Notes under the pieces: generated by a model
Seen by the model: only the letters and a program-made list of their open reading frames with translations
Told to the model about the DNA's origin: nothing
Database searches by the model: none
Program-made: the position numbers and the translations under genes
Assembly: GCA_038230215.1 (NCBI GenBank)
Contig: JBBRNR010000009.1
Location: 30,386 to 94,385 of the forward strand
DNA from: Chthoniobacterales bacterium
Lineage (GTDB): Bacteria > Verrucomicrobiota > Verrucomicrobiia > Chthoniobacterales > DASVRZ01
Direction of reading: 5' to 3'
DNA length: 64,000 nt
Shown: positions 12,051 through 22,339 of the stretch, piece by piece
How the letters are laid out: each line of letters begins with the position of its first letter
Numbering within the stretch: the stretch's first letter is position 1

Positions 12051-12932
12051 ATGAAATCGCATAATTTCCTTCGTGGTGCGCGTGTTTATCTCTCCGGCCC
12101 GATGGATTTCGTGGCTTCCCGGGCGAATGAAAAGAAATTTGGCTGGCGCAATCGCATTGGCGATTTCCTGCGGTCCTACGGCGCGGTGGTTTTCGATCCG
12201 TGGCACAAGCCGACGGTGCGCGGGTTGCATCAGTATGGGCTCGAAGATGTGAACACGATCGATGTGCGCGACAACTGGACTTTTGCTCAAGGTCAGGAGG
12301 GCGATGAAACCCGTGCCGACTGCGCAGAGAAATTCTGGGAAACGCTCCACATCGACTTGCGCATGGTGGATACGAGCGATTTCACGATTGCCTATGTGCC
12401 GACGAATATTTACAGCGTAGGGACGGTCCACGAGATCGTGTTGTCGCGGTTGCAGTTTAAGCCGGTGCTGTTCGTTACGCCGCCTGTGACTTTCCCCGCT
12501 TTGGACGAGTTGCGTTTACATCTGGCGGATGATCCGAAAGGCCTTGAGCTGATCGAACGCCTGTCTGTGGAAGCTCCGATCAAGCCCAACCCGAAAGGCA
12601 TCCCGAGTCTCTGGTATATGCCATTGATCGGCGGCGGGCATTTCTTCGATGGCTTCGGTTTCCAAGGTCACAGCAGCCGGTTTGGCTGGGAAAACATGCC
12701 GGTGGACGATCAGGAAAAAGCGCATCCACCGCAGAATCCGCTGCTGCCATTTCTAGAAAAACTGGCCCGCGAAGTGCCGAAGCGTTGGGACAACAAGCTC
12801 AAGCAATACGTGCAAAACGACGACTGGCTGCTCTGGGAGCTGGGCAGCGCTGCGGCTGAAGGCGAGGTTATTCAGGATTCGCCGATGGAAGACGAGCGCC
12901 AGGTGAATCTGCCGTTGTTTCCGGACGAATAA
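12051..12932 (+). CDS. Nucleoside 2-deoxyribosyltransferase-like (NDT fold) hypothetical protein
   Basis: VYLSGPM, FDPW, DLRMVDTSDF.IAY and SVGTVHEI resemble NDT/DNPH1 signature elements. Confidence 0.6.
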   Translation: MKSHNFLRGARVYLSGPMDFVASRANEKKFGWRNRIGDFLRSYGAVVFDPWHKPTVRGLHQYGLEDVNTIDVRDNWTFAQGQEGDETRADCAEKFWETLHIDLRMVDTSDFTIAYVPTNIYSVGTVHEIVLSRLQFKPVLFVTPPVTFPALDELRLHLADDPKGLELIERLSVEAPIKPNPKGIPSLWYMPLIGGGHFFDGFGFQGHSSRFGWENMPVDDQEKAHPPQNPLLPFLEKLAREVPKRWDNKLKQYVQNDDWLLWELGSAAAEGEVIQDSPMEDERQVNLPLFPDE

Positions 12933-12977
12933 GCGAGAGGGCTGACTTCCGTTTCGGACGTCGAATCGCTCAGGGAG

Positions 12978-13439
12978 CTATTTCGATCCGAGGCTCTTCG
13001 TGAAAGCGGCGTCGTCGGCGTCCAAGTAATCGAAGAGTGTGCTGGTCTTCGGATCGATCCCGAGAGGGGCGCATTCCTGTTCAAACCATTCGCGCTTGCT
13101 CGGGTCCTCGAACGGGCGGTAATTCTCCAGGCGGTCGCTCCATTCGCGCACTTCCTGGGGCGTCTTCGACAATCCGTTTTTGTCGAGCCACGCAGCCACT
13201 TCCTCGTCGCTGACACCAGTTTCCACCTGGGCCTTAAAGTCGGCCCCGCGCACTTCCTTAAAGCCGAAAAGCATGTTGTCGAGTGGGCAATCGAAATGGT
13301 ATTCGCCTAGTGTTCCGGCGATGAAGGAGCGGCATTTATCGAGGGTGCGGCTGAGGATCACATAGTCGTGAATGCGCTGGCGCGGACTGCGGGGAGTTTC
13401 TTGAGTAAGGTTTTTTGAGTTGGGTAGTGTTGTGTTCAT
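12978..13439 (-). CDS. DUF5069-like protein
   Basis: PRSPR...Y..L.R.LDKCR...G.LGEYHF.CPLD and FD.LDADD pattern. Confidence 0.75.
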   Translation of the reverse strand: MNTTLPNSKNLTQETPRSPRQRIHDYVILSRTLDKCRSFIAGTLGEYHFDCPLDNMLFGFKEVRGADFKAQVETGVSDEEVAAWLDKNGLSKTPQEVREWSDRLENYRPFEDPSKREWFEQECAPLGIDPKTSTLFDYLDADDAAFTKSLGSK

Positions 13440-13664
13440 GATGTAAATGCGTTGCTGTTTTTCGGCTATCCCGGACGGGCCATGTCTATGGAAGTCCGTG
13501 CAACAATCGTCCTTCGCTGGGCGGACGAGTGTAGGAAAAAGGCTTTAAGCGTTTTCCATGATCTGCTTGAGGCGCACAAGATATTCCTCAATCTGACGCT
13601 CCGGTATGTCGCCGAGAAATTTGGCCACGACATCTTAAATAGTCCATAGCACCGAACCTATGCG

Positions 13665-14216
13665 CTATATCGAACGGTTGTGCGTGTCACGGTAGATGCG
13701 GGCGAGGTATTGGCGGGAGATGGCGACGTATTTTTCGGCCCATTCCTTGATGCCGTTTTGCTCGGATTCCGAAAGCGTTTTGATGACTTTCGCCGGGGAG
13801 CCGAGGACGAGGGAGCCGGGAGGGATGATGGTTTTCCCCGTCACGAGGGAGCCCGCTCCGATGATGCTGCGGTGGCCGATGACGGCTCCATCGAGAATGG
13901 TCGCGCCCATGCCGATGAGGACTTCGTCCTCGACGGTGCAGGCGTGAACGATGGCCCCATGGCCGATGGTGACGTGTGCGCCGATCAGGCACGGGTAATC
14001 GTCGGCGATATGGAGGACCGCGCCGTCCTGCACGTTGGAATCGGGGCCGACGACGATGCGGTTGATGTCGCCGCGCAACACGGCGCTGAACCAGATGCTC
14101 ACATTTTCACCTAACTCGACTGCGCCCAGGACGGTGGCTGTGTTCGCGATGAAGGCGGTGGGATGAATCTGCGGCTGCGAGCCGAGATAAGTCTGGATGC
14201 GTTGGGCGAGTTCCAT
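13665..14216 (-). CDS. Gamma carbonic anhydrase family protein
   Basis: LRGD, SNVQDG.VLH and TIGH.AIVHAC; hexapeptide repeats. Confidence 0.92.
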   Translation of the reverse strand: MELAQRIQTYLGSQPQIHPTAFIANTATVLGAVELGENVSIWFSAVLRGDINRIVVGPDSNVQDGAVLHIADDYPCLIGAHVTIGHGAIVHACTVEDEVLIGMGATILDGAVIGHRSIIGAGSLVTGKTIIPPGSLVLGSPAKVIKTLSESEQNGIKEWAEKYVAISRQYLARIYRDTHNRSI

Positions 14217-14222
14217 GGTTAT

Positions 14223-14768
14223 CTAGGAGCCGGAGATTTGGCCGAGAAGTTCGTGGTTGCGCAAGTCCTGCGGGTCGAGTTGCACCGCTTTCTGAAGGGC
14301 GGAGGCGGCGGCTTTCTTGTCTCCGAGTTGGATGAGAATGTGGCCGAGATTGCCCCAGGCGGCGGAGACATCGGGGTAAATCTGGGTGCCTTTTTCCGCG
14401 GCCATGCGGGCTTCCTCCCATTTGCCCTGCTCGCCCAGGCACCAGGTGAGTTCCAGCCAGGCCTCGCCATTCATCGGGTTCTCATCCAGCACATCGAGAA
14501 AGGCCTGCGAGGCTTCCTCCCAGCGCTTCAACATTCGCAGCGCCAGTCCTTTCACCAGACTGGCAAGAATGAAATGAGGGCCGTCCACTTTCGTAAAATG
14601 ATCGGCCTTGCGAGCCAGACGTTCGATTTCTTTTTCGATCTCTTTCACCCGCGCGGCGTCCCCTTCGCGATGCGCCATGTCGCCATCCTGGTCCAGGGTA
14701 AATAGATAGTTTCCCATCTCCCGGAGCTTCTCATCGTAGTCGTTCGGCGTGGGCTGGGATGCGGACAT
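14223..14768 (-). CDS. Tetratricopeptide repeat protein
   Basis: AW..LG..L..LG....A......A....P TPR units; start uncertain. Confidence 0.75.
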   Translation of the reverse strand: MSASQPTPNDYDEKLREMGNYLFTLDQDGDMAHREGDAARVKEIEKEIERLARKADHFTKVDGPHFILASLVKGLALRMLKRWEEASQAFLDVLDENPMNGEAWLELTWCLGEQGKWEEARMAAEKGTQIYPDVSAAWGNLGHILIQLGDKKAAASALQKAVQLDPQDLRNHELLGQISGS

Positions 14769-14862
14769 GGCATCAGCTTTTACCCGCAAAGACTGGGCTT
14801 GCAAAGAGTAAGAACTCCACAAAAACTATTAACTCCCCAAAACTGGACCATACTCCCCGTCG

Positions 14863-17800
14863 ATGCCTCGCCCCTTTCTTATTCGGATCCTCTCTTTATC
14901 GCCCGTGAAGTGGCTGATGAAGGTTATATTTCTCGCGCTGATTTATATCGTGGTGGGTCATTTCACTCTCTCCCATACCTCGGTGGATGGGCATTACACC
15001 GGCTTCTGGCCTGCGGCTGGCATCTCGATCTCGTTCCTTTATTTGTTTGGATTAAACCTGTGGCCGGGGATTTTGGCAGGCGCCTTGGTGGTGAGTTTAC
15101 TCGCGCACACTCCACCGGTGGTCAGCGGTGCGTTGGCCGTTGGCAACACTCTGGAGGCCATTCTCGGCGCGTGGCTTCTGCGGCGTTCGCGGAATTTCAG
15201 CCCGCGGATCGGGAAGCTGAATGATGCCATCCAGATCATTTTCTACGCTGGCGTGCTGGCGAGCCTGTGCAGCGCGGCGGTCGGCACGGCGGCTCTCGTA
15301 ATGGGCGGCATGGTAAGCGGCAGCAGTTCCAGCGACACATTTCTCCTCTGGTGGACGGGCAACGTCCTCGGCACGCTGGTGATGACCCCCACGATTTTGG
15401 CGTGGGCGAATCCGGGGCGACAGTCCTACACGCTCGGACGAAAAATCGAGTGCGTGATCGGGTTTGTGTTGGGCATCATTCTGAGTTGGTTCATTTTCAG
15501 TTCGCCTCAACAACAAAACAGCTTCGGCTCGATGCCGTTTCTGGTGTTCTTTTTTGTTACTTGGGCCGCGTTACGCTTCGGCCAGCGCGTGGCGACGGCC
15601 TTTGTCCTGGTGGTCACCGTGATCACCGTCTGGAGCACGCTGCATGGGCTGGGGCCGTTTGCGAATGCCAGCGGCGTACTCTGGGGCGGGACGCAGCAGG
15701 CACAGGTGTTCATCATCGTTTGCGCGGTGGTTAGCATGCTCGTCTCGTCGACAACGACAAACCTCTTCGAGCGCAGTCAACATTTGGAGAATTCTGAGCG
15801 GCGCTATCGTCAGCTCTTCAACAGCGGCCCCGATCCACTCTGGATTTACAGTCCACAAACGCAGCGAATTCTGGCGGTGAACGAAGCGGCAATCAAGCGC
15901 CTGGGGTACTCACGAGAACAATTTCTCCAGTTGAATGTGGCCGACCTGCTTGTGGCGGAGGTGCCGTTGATCTCGCCCAGCAAGGCGAGCAAATACGAGA
16001 CGAGTCTGGCTTCGTTGAAGACTAAAAAGGACGGAAAAATCCAGGTGCGACTCACAGTCCGCTCAGCGGATTTCTTTGGCGAATCGGCGATACATTTTCT
16101 GGCCCAGGATGTGACCGAGCAGATGCGCACTGAGGACGATCTGCGCAAGTCCGAGCAAAAACTGAATCTGCACATCCAGCAAACCGCGCTGGGCGTGATC
16201 GAGTGGAACCAGGATTTCCAAATCACGGAATGGAATCCCGCCGCCGAACGCATCTTCGGTTTCAGCAAGGAGGAGGCCATCGGCAAACTCGGCCAGGATT
16301 TGATTGTGCCCGAGGATGGCCGGGAGGATGTCGCCCGAATATGGGGTAAAATCGTCGATACGGTCGAGCCGATTCGGAGCATCAACGAGAACATCACGAA
16401 GAGCGGGGAGCGAATCATTTGCGAGTGGTTCAACACGCCGCTGGCCGACAAAAAAGGCCACGTCATCGGCGCCGCGTCGCTGGTCCAGGACGTGACGCTC
16501 CGGGAGTCGATCAAGGAATCCATCCGCGAGTCCGAGGAGAAATTCCGCTCCGTCATCGAGTCCTCACCGATGGGAATCCAGATTTACGAAATGCGTAACG
16601 GGGACGATCTCATCCTCATTGGAGCCAATCCCGCCGCACAAAATTTCATGGGCTTCAAGAACGAGGAAGTCCTCGGCAAGACGATTGAGGAGGCCTTTCC
16701 GGCGCTGACCGGCACCGAAATTCCGCGGATGTATCGGCGGGCCGCAGGCGAGGGTAAGGCGTCGTGGACGGATCAGGTGCTCTACGATGGCGGCGAGTTG
16801 CGCGCGGCTTACGAGGTGAATGCTTTTCAGACTGTTCCCGGCAAGATGGTGGCGATGTTTCTCGACGTCACCGAACGCCGCCGGACTGAGCAAGCGCTCC
16901 GTCTGCGAGACAAGGCGATGGAGGCGATCAGTCAAGGGATCGTCATCATGGCGAGGTATCCAGACGGCTCGTTCCCGATCATTTACGCCAACCCGGCCTT
17001 TGAAACAATTACCAACTACACGCAAGATCAGCTGCTCGGGCAAAACTGGCGCGTGCTGACCGGGAATGAGAGCGAATCGAGCGAGGTGGAAGCCATTGAA
17101 AAAGCCATCCTGCGCGAGCAGCCTGTTTCGGTCGAGATGCGCAGCTATCGTCAGGACGGCACAACGTTTCAGAGCGCGATCAGCATTTCCCCGATCGTCG
17201 ATGCGGACGGGCGCGTATCGCATTACGTCGGCGTTTACACCGATGTCACCGGCATCAAAAAACTCGAAACCCAGTTTCGCCAGTCGCAGAAAATGGAGGC
17301 CATCGGACGTCTCGCCGGCGGCGTGGCGCACGATTTCAACAACCTTCTCACAGCCATCATCGGCTACAACGACATCAATCTCAGCATGATGGATCGCGAC
17401 ACGATGCTCAGCCGCAATTCAGCCGAAATCCAAAAGGCCGCCGAGCGCGCCGCATCGCTCACCGGGCAGATGCTTGCCTTCAGCCGCCAGCAAAATCTCC
17501 AGCCAACTCGCGTCGCCCTCAATAAAGCCATCGGCGGCATGTATCAAATGCTGGCCCGGCTCATCGGCGAAACCATCGAAATCCGCACCCTGCTCGACGA
17601 CAGCCTGGCCGACATCAAGGCGGGTTCCAGTCAAATCGAGCAGGTCATTTTGAACCTCGCGATCAATGCCCGCGACGCCATGCCCAAGGGCGGCGTACTC
17701 TCGATTCGTACCGCTAACATCACCGTCGGACCCGACTTAGTGGCCGATATACCCGGCATCATCCCCGGCGAATATGTCTTGCTTTCGCTCAGCGACACCG

Positions 17801-18435
17801 GCACTGGCATGGACGATCACACGAAGGAGCACTTGTTCGAGCCGTTCTTCACGACCAAAGAAAAAGGCAAAGGCACCGGCTTGGGGCTCGCAACTTGTTA
17901 CGGCATCATCACGCAAAGCAGCGGCTATGTCGCGGTCCATACAAAATTCGGACGCGGCACCACGTTCGACATTTATTTCCCGAAAATGGTCTCGGACGGC
18001 ACACGCGAGACCAACCGCATCGTGGAGGTCAAGGTGCAGGGCGGAAAAGAGACCTTACTGGTCGTAGAGGACGATCCGGCAGTGCGCCCGCTGACTACAA
18101 ACATCCTCCGCTCACTGGGTTACACTGTATTGGAAGCTGGCAACGGAATTGAGGCGCAAGAGTGTTTGAAGGCAATCAACGGCACGAAAATCGATCTACT
18201 TTTGACCGATGTCGTAATGCCGAAAATGGGCGGCAAAGAACTCGCCGACTGGATGAAAATCACCTACCCGGAGACTAGGATTCTTTTCGCCTCGGGCTAT
18301 TTGGAAAACCTGCTTAGCCGCGAGGATATCGGCGAGGACGAGGCTTTCTTTTTGCGCAAACCTTTCACCGCCAGAACCCTCGCCCGCAAGGTGCGCGCCG
18401 TGCTCGATCAAGTCGAGGATTCGCTCATCGGCTAG
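14863..18435 (+). CDS. Hybrid sensor histidine kinase (MASE1, multiple PAS, HisKA, HATPase, REC)
   Basis: MASE1 FWPAAGI; PAS repeats; H-box AHDFNNLL; GKGTGLGL; C-terminal receiver domain. Confidence 0.93.
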   Translation: MPRPFLIRILSLSPVKWLMKVIFLALIYIVVGHFTLSHTSVDGHYTGFWPAAGISISFLYLFGLNLWPGILAGALVVSLLAHTPPVVSGALAVGNTLEAILGAWLLRRSRNFSPRIGKLNDAIQIIFYAGVLASLCSAAVGTAALVMGGMVSGSSSSDTFLLWWTGNVLGTLVMTPTILAWANPGRQSYTLGRKIECVIGFVLGIILSWFIFSSPQQQNSFGSMPFLVFFFVTWAALRFGQRVATAFVLVVTVITVWSTLHGLGPFANASGVLWGGTQQAQVFIIVCAVVSMLVSSTTTNLFERSQHLENSERRYRQLFNSGPDPLWIYSPQTQRILAVNEAAIKRLGYSREQFLQLNVADLLVAEVPLISPSKASKYETSLASLKTKKDGKIQVRLTVRSADFFGESAIHFLAQDVTEQMRTEDDLRKSEQKLNLHIQQTALGVIEWNQDFQITEWNPAAERIFGFSKEEAIGKLGQDLIVPEDGREDVARIWGKIVDTVEPIRSINENITKSGERIICEWFNTPLADKKGHVIGAASLVQDVTLRESIKESIRESEEKFRSVIESSPMGIQIYEMRNGDDLILIGANPAAQNFMGFKNEEVLGKTIEEAFPALTGTEIPRMYRRAAGEGKASWTDQVLYDGGELRAAYEVNAFQTVPGKMVAMFLDVTERRRTEQALRLRDKAMEAISQGIVIMARYPDGSFPIIYANPAFETITNYTQDQLLGQNWRVLTGNESESSEVEAIEKAILREQPVSVEMRSYRQDGTTFQSAISISPIVDADGRVSHYVGVYTDVTGIKKLETQFRQSQKMEAIGRLAGGVAHDFNNLLTAIIGYNDINLSMMDRDTMLSRNSAEIQKAAERAASLTGQMLAFSRQQNLQPTRVALNKAIGGMYQMLARLIGETIEIRTLLDDSLADIKAGSSQIEQVILNLAINARDAMPKGGVLSIRTANITVGPDLVADIPGIIPGEYVLLSLSDTGTGMDDHTKEHLFEPFFTTKEKGKGTGLGLATCYGIITQSSGYVAVHTKFGRGTTFDIYFPKMVSDGTRETNRIVEVKVQGGKETLLVVEDDPAVRPLTTNILRSLGYTVLEAGNGIEAQECLKAINGTKIDLLLTDVVMPKMGGKELADWMKITYPETRILFASGYLENLLSREDIGEDEAFFLRKPFTARTLARKVRAVLDQVEDSLIG

Positions 18436-18444
18436 TGATTTGAA

Positions 18445-19800
18445 TCAGACTGGCCCTGGCGTTGTGTGCTCGCGCTCGCGAAGTTTGAAAATCACGGGCA
18501 AGCCCTCGTAAGCCGTCGCCGAGCGAATCTGACCCTCCAGATATTTCTCGTAGGTCTGAGTGAGCGCATCCGGCTTGTTCACGAAAAACAAAAATCGAGG
18601 AACGGGAATCAGATCGCGGCGTTTGTCGTCGATGCGGGTCGCGTAATAAATCTTCAGCCGACGATTTCCCACCACGGGCGGCGGATGCGCAGTGAGCGCC
18701 TGTTTCAGCAAGCGATTCAGAGGGCCGGTCGCAAGCTGGTCTTTCGACTGGGCTACGACGCGCTCAATGCATTTGAAAAGGTCATCCATACGCTGCCCGG
18801 TTTTTGCGGACACCAAGGCTCGGGGCGCGTGATCGAGAAAGAAAAGTTCCGTTCCTAACATTTGCAGATAATCGCGTCGGGCGTCTTTTCCTGCATTATC
18901 CATCAAATCCGATTTATTAATCACGACGATGCACGGCTTCTCGGCTTTTTGAATGAGGCCCGCGATCTTTTTATCCTGTGCCGTCAGACCGGCAGTGGCA
19001 TCCAAGACCAGCACGCAGAGATCGGCACGGCGAATGGTTTTCTCGGAGCGCATCACGGAGAAAATCTCCACTGACGTGTCCTGCTTCGAGCGATGGCGAA
19101 TACCCGCCGTATCGATCAGTAAATAATCCTGCTCGCCCTGACGATACGGAATGTCCACGGCATCGCGGGTCGTCCCGGAGACATCGCTGACGATGGTCCG
19201 TTTGTCGTTCATGATGGAATTGATGAGCGACGATTTGCCTACGTTCGGGCGGCCGACGAGGGCGATCTTGATGGGTTTGTCGGGAGTTGCATCCGACTCT
19301 TCGTCCGTCTCCGGGAGCAAGACCTCCACCCGCTGCACGACAGCGCTCACGCCCCGATTATGCTCGGCGCTCACCGGAAACACCTCAAACCCAAGCCGCG
19401 AAAATGCGTCCTCCATGCCCTCGTGTTTCGCGTGATCCACCTTGTTCACTAGCAGCAGCACCGGCTTGTCCGCTCGACGCAAAATCTTTGCTAGTTCCTG
19501 GTCCGCCGGGGTGAAACCCGCCGTGCCATCGACCACGAATAAAATCACCTGCGCTGTCGCCATCGCGATGTCGGCCTCCACGCGAACGGCCTCATCGAAG
19601 TTGTCATTCGTCGTCGCAATGATGCCGCCCGTATCGATGATCTCGAAAGCTTTGTCGCTCAGTTTGCAAACGGCATTCAGACGGTCGCGAGTGACTCCCG
19701 GTTGATCGTGGACGATGGCGATCCGGCGGCCAGCAAGGCGGTTAAAAAGGGCCGATTTTCCGACATTGGGACGGCCTACGATGGCAACAAGAGCATTCAT
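18445..19800 (-). CDS. der: Ribosome biogenesis GTPase Der (EngA)
   Basis: Two GRPNVGKS G-domains, DTGG/DTAG and NKxD. Confidence 0.96.
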   Translation of the reverse strand: MNALVAIVGRPNVGKSALFNRLAGRRIAIVHDQPGVTRDRLNAVCKLSDKAFEIIDTGGIIATTNDNFDEAVRVEADIAMATAQVILFVVDGTAGFTPADQELAKILRRADKPVLLLVNKVDHAKHEGMEDAFSRLGFEVFPVSAEHNRGVSAVVQRVEVLLPETDEESDATPDKPIKIALVGRPNVGKSSLINSIMNDKRTIVSDVSGTTRDAVDIPYRQGEQDYLLIDTAGIRHRSKQDTSVEIFSVMRSEKTIRRADLCVLVLDATAGLTAQDKKIAGLIQKAEKPCIVVINKSDLMDNAGKDARRDYLQMLGTELFFLDHAPRALVSAKTGQRMDDLFKCIERVVAQSKDQLATGPLNRLLKQALTAHPPPVVGNRRLKIYYATRIDDKRRDLIPVPRFLFFVNKPDALTQTYEKYLEGQIRSATAYEGLPVIFKLREREHTTPGPV

Positions 19801-20366
19801 TTCACGGGAGGGTGCTTCATTTGTTGCAGGCCGTCGAGGATGTATCCGACAGCAGAAATCAGGGTAAACAGCCCTGCAGCAGTGAACGGGAGCAGTTGGT
19901 GAGGCAGTTGCAGCATGGTCCAGCCGATGGCGATCATTTGCAGGACGGTAGAGATTTTTCCAAAGACGTTCGCTCGAATGTGCACGTCGCCGTTCACATG
20001 ATGCAGAATCATACTTCCCGAAACGATCACCACGTCCCGCGCAATGACGAGAACCATGAACCAGATGGGGAGTTCGTAGGGCCAGTTGGCGAGTGAGAGC
20101 GTGATGAGCGCGGCGAGGAGTAAACCTTTGTCCGCGATGGGATCGAGGATGCCTCCGAGTTTGCTCTGCTGGTTGTAACGACGCGCCACGTAGCCATCGA
20201 TGCCGTCACTTAAGGAAGCCAGCAAAAACACTCCGATGGCGGTGAAGCGCATCCATTCCTCCGGAGTGCCACGCCGCACGCTCTGTCCGTAATAACACGC
20301 AAACAGCACGAAGACCGGGATCAGTAAAATTCGTAACAGGGTGATCTTGCTCGCTGTCGTGATCAT
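19797..20366 (-). CDS. CDP-alcohol phosphatidyltransferase (PgsA-like)
   Basis: DGIDGYVARR..Q.S.LG..LDPIADK signature. Confidence 0.9.
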   Translation of the reverse strand: MITTASKITLLRILLIPVFVLFACYYGQSVRRGTPEEWMRFTAIGVFLLASLSDGIDGYVARRYNQQSKLGGILDPIADKGLLLAALITLSLANWPYELPIWFMVLVIARDVVIVSGSMILHHVNGDVHIRANVFGKISTVLQMIAIGWTMLQLPHQLLPFTAAGLFTLISAVGYILDGLQQMKHPPVK

Positions 20367-20382
20367 CGGAGAAATATGCGGA

Positions 20383-20462
20383 GAAACCTGAAAACTAGAA
20401 ACCTGAAAGAAAATAACGCAGCCAGTCTTTCTTCAGGTTTCAAGTTTCAGCTTTCAGTTTTT
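20383..20462. repeat. Imperfect inverted repeat built from ~7-bp GAAACCT/GAAACT units; possible terminator or attenuator hairpin
   Basis: gaaacctgaaaactagaaacctgaaagaaa pairs with tttcttcaggtttcaagtttcagctttc; similar units at 22265-22305. Confidence 0.55.
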
Positions 20463-20465
20463 TTA

Positions 20466-21920
20466 TCACGGCTCCGTTACCTCACGGACAAATACATTGA
20501 TCTGTCCACTGGCGTCCCGACGCACGGCGGTGATCTGGAAAGGACGACCGCTATCGCGGCTGACTTGTGACCCGGCCTTCGGCGCAGTCTGACCCGCCGG
20601 GTATTCGACGATCACACGCGGGGCGGAGCCGAGTCCGAGCAGGTTGCGGCTGTTCGCCCGCATTACGGCGCGCTGGCCATCGATGGCCTTGACCGTGAAA
20701 TCGCCCTGGAGATACATCGTGCTCTTCGGACCGCCATTTTTCACGAGCGCGTCGAGACCCGGCACATCGATCAAGCGCCCCCGCGGCATCTGGCCTGGAC
20801 GATATGTGGGCCAGCTCGCCACGGCCTTGGGAGTCGGAGCCGCTGAGGAAATAATCATCGGCTTGGGCGTCGGAACGGGCGTTTCCGCAGGAGTCGGCTT
20901 GGCCAATGGGATCGCCGCCAAGACCATTGGGGTCGGACTCGACAGAGCCACAGCGGAGGGAGCTGGCGTGGCCTTCGGAAGCGGCGGCAGCGTGCCGGTC
21001 AGAGGCTGGGCGCGGGCGACGCGGATCACCGATTGATCGGGAGTCGGACCGCTGCGGGCGAGCACAGGCACGTCCTCTTTCACCGGCGTCGGCGACTGGG
21101 CTTTCCCGTTTTTTGACATGGCGATGGAACTCGCCTGTGTTTCCAAAGGTGGCTCCAGCACGGGCAGAAGCCCGGCCAGATTCGGCATCAAAGGCGGCGC
21201 GAGATGGACTTCACGCCCGTCGCCGAGACCATAGGAATCGTAGTTCAATGGGACAATCGTCACCTGCCACGCGTCAGCTGGCAGACGCTCGACATGCAGC
21301 ACGGCGGACAGATCGTAAGTGCGTTCGAGTTTGATTTCCACGCCCGGCTGCAACATCGAGCGCAAGTCCTCGGTCGCTTCCGGCTCGGCGGGATAAAGTT
21401 GCTCGATGATCAATTTCGGCTCCTCCATCGATCGCGCCAACGCCACGTAACCGGAGGTCAACAAGTCCGATTTCGTCAACGCCCTCGACTGGATCACAGA
21501 GAAATGACCCATCAAATACGGCACCTGCAATTCCTTCAGGCTGTAGTTGTTAATATAGGCCTGGAGGAGTTCCAGATTAATGTGGGCCAGCTCGGTATCG
21601 GTCTTGTCGGCGTAGAGTTTCAGCAAATCCTTCGCGTGATAAAACCGCCCGTTCGGCGCGAGCGTTGGCTCGAAACGCTTCGGCGGATCGATCTTTTTCA
21701 GCTTCCGCAGAATCTTGTAACTCCGGGCATTTTCCGGGTGTTGGAAAACATAGAAACTCCCGATCCAGCAGGCGAACACCACCCCGATGAGCAGAAGAAT
21801 GAAAACCGTCCAGGCGAACAAATTATCCCGCTGCCCCTTCTTCGCCCGCAACTGTCGCTCCGACAACAATTCCACATCCACGGCCATGCCGGGCCGGTCG
21901 TTTTTCGCCTGACGCTTCAC
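20466..21920 (-). CDS. Hypothetical single-pass membrane protein with Pro/Ala-rich linker
   Basis: N-terminal TM helix; long ORF coupled to the upstream iscA-like gene. Confidence 0.75.
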   Translation of the reverse strand: MKRQAKNDRPGMAVDVELLSERQLRAKKGQRDNLFAWTVFILLLIGVVFACWIGSFYVFQHPENARSYKILRKLKKIDPPKRFEPTLAPNGRFYHAKDLLKLYADKTDTELAHINLELLQAYINNYSLKELQVPYLMGHFSVIQSRALTKSDLLTSGYVALARSMEEPKLIIEQLYPAEPEATEDLRSMLQPGVEIKLERTYDLSAVLHVERLPADAWQVTIVPLNYDSYGLGDGREVHLAPPLMPNLAGLLPVLEPPLETQASSIAMSKNGKAQSPTPVKEDVPVLARSGPTPDQSVIRVARAQPLTGTLPPLPKATPAPSAVALSSPTPMVLAAIPLAKPTPAETPVPTPKPMIISSAAPTPKAVASWPTYRPGQMPRGRLIDVPGLDALVKNGGPKSTMYLQGDFTVKAIDGQRAVMRANSRNLLGLGSAPRVIVEYPAGQTAPKAGSQVSRDSGRPFQITAVRRDASGQINVFVREVTEP

Positions 21921-22261
21921 GCTCCAGCCACCGTCTCTGCCGGCTCAAACGACGTTCCGCAACCGCAGCTCCGCGCCGCATTCGGATTCACAATTCGGAA
22001 TCCTGCTCCGGCCAGATCGTCCACATAATCGAGCGACGCACCACCGAGCAAACGCGCCGCTTCGACATCCACAAAAATCTGCACGCCATCACGCTCCGAG
22101 ACCTCGTCATTGGACTGCGACTCGCCGAGTTCCATATCGTATTGCAGCCCCGCGCAACCGCCTTTACTGATGCCAATCCGGAGCCCGCTCCCCTCGCCCA
22201 AGCCTTTGGAGGCGAGCAAGGATTTGAGTTCGGCGACAGCGCTTTCCGTAATGGTCATCAT
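21917..22261 (-). CDS. Iron-sulfur cluster assembly accessory protein (IscA/HesB)
   Basis: GGCAGLQY and NPNAARSCGCGTSF. Confidence 0.93.
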   Translation of the reverse strand: MMTITESAVAELKSLLASKGLGEGSGLRIGISKGGCAGLQYDMELGESQSNDEVSERDGVQIFVDVEAARLLGGASLDYVDDLAGAGFRIVNPNAARSCGCGTSFEPAETVAGA

Positions 22262-22339
22262 GGTGAAACTGATAAGGCAGAAAGCTCCAACTGGAAACCT
22301 GAAAAGCACCCGCTGCGCTGCCTTCCTTCACGTCTGAGT

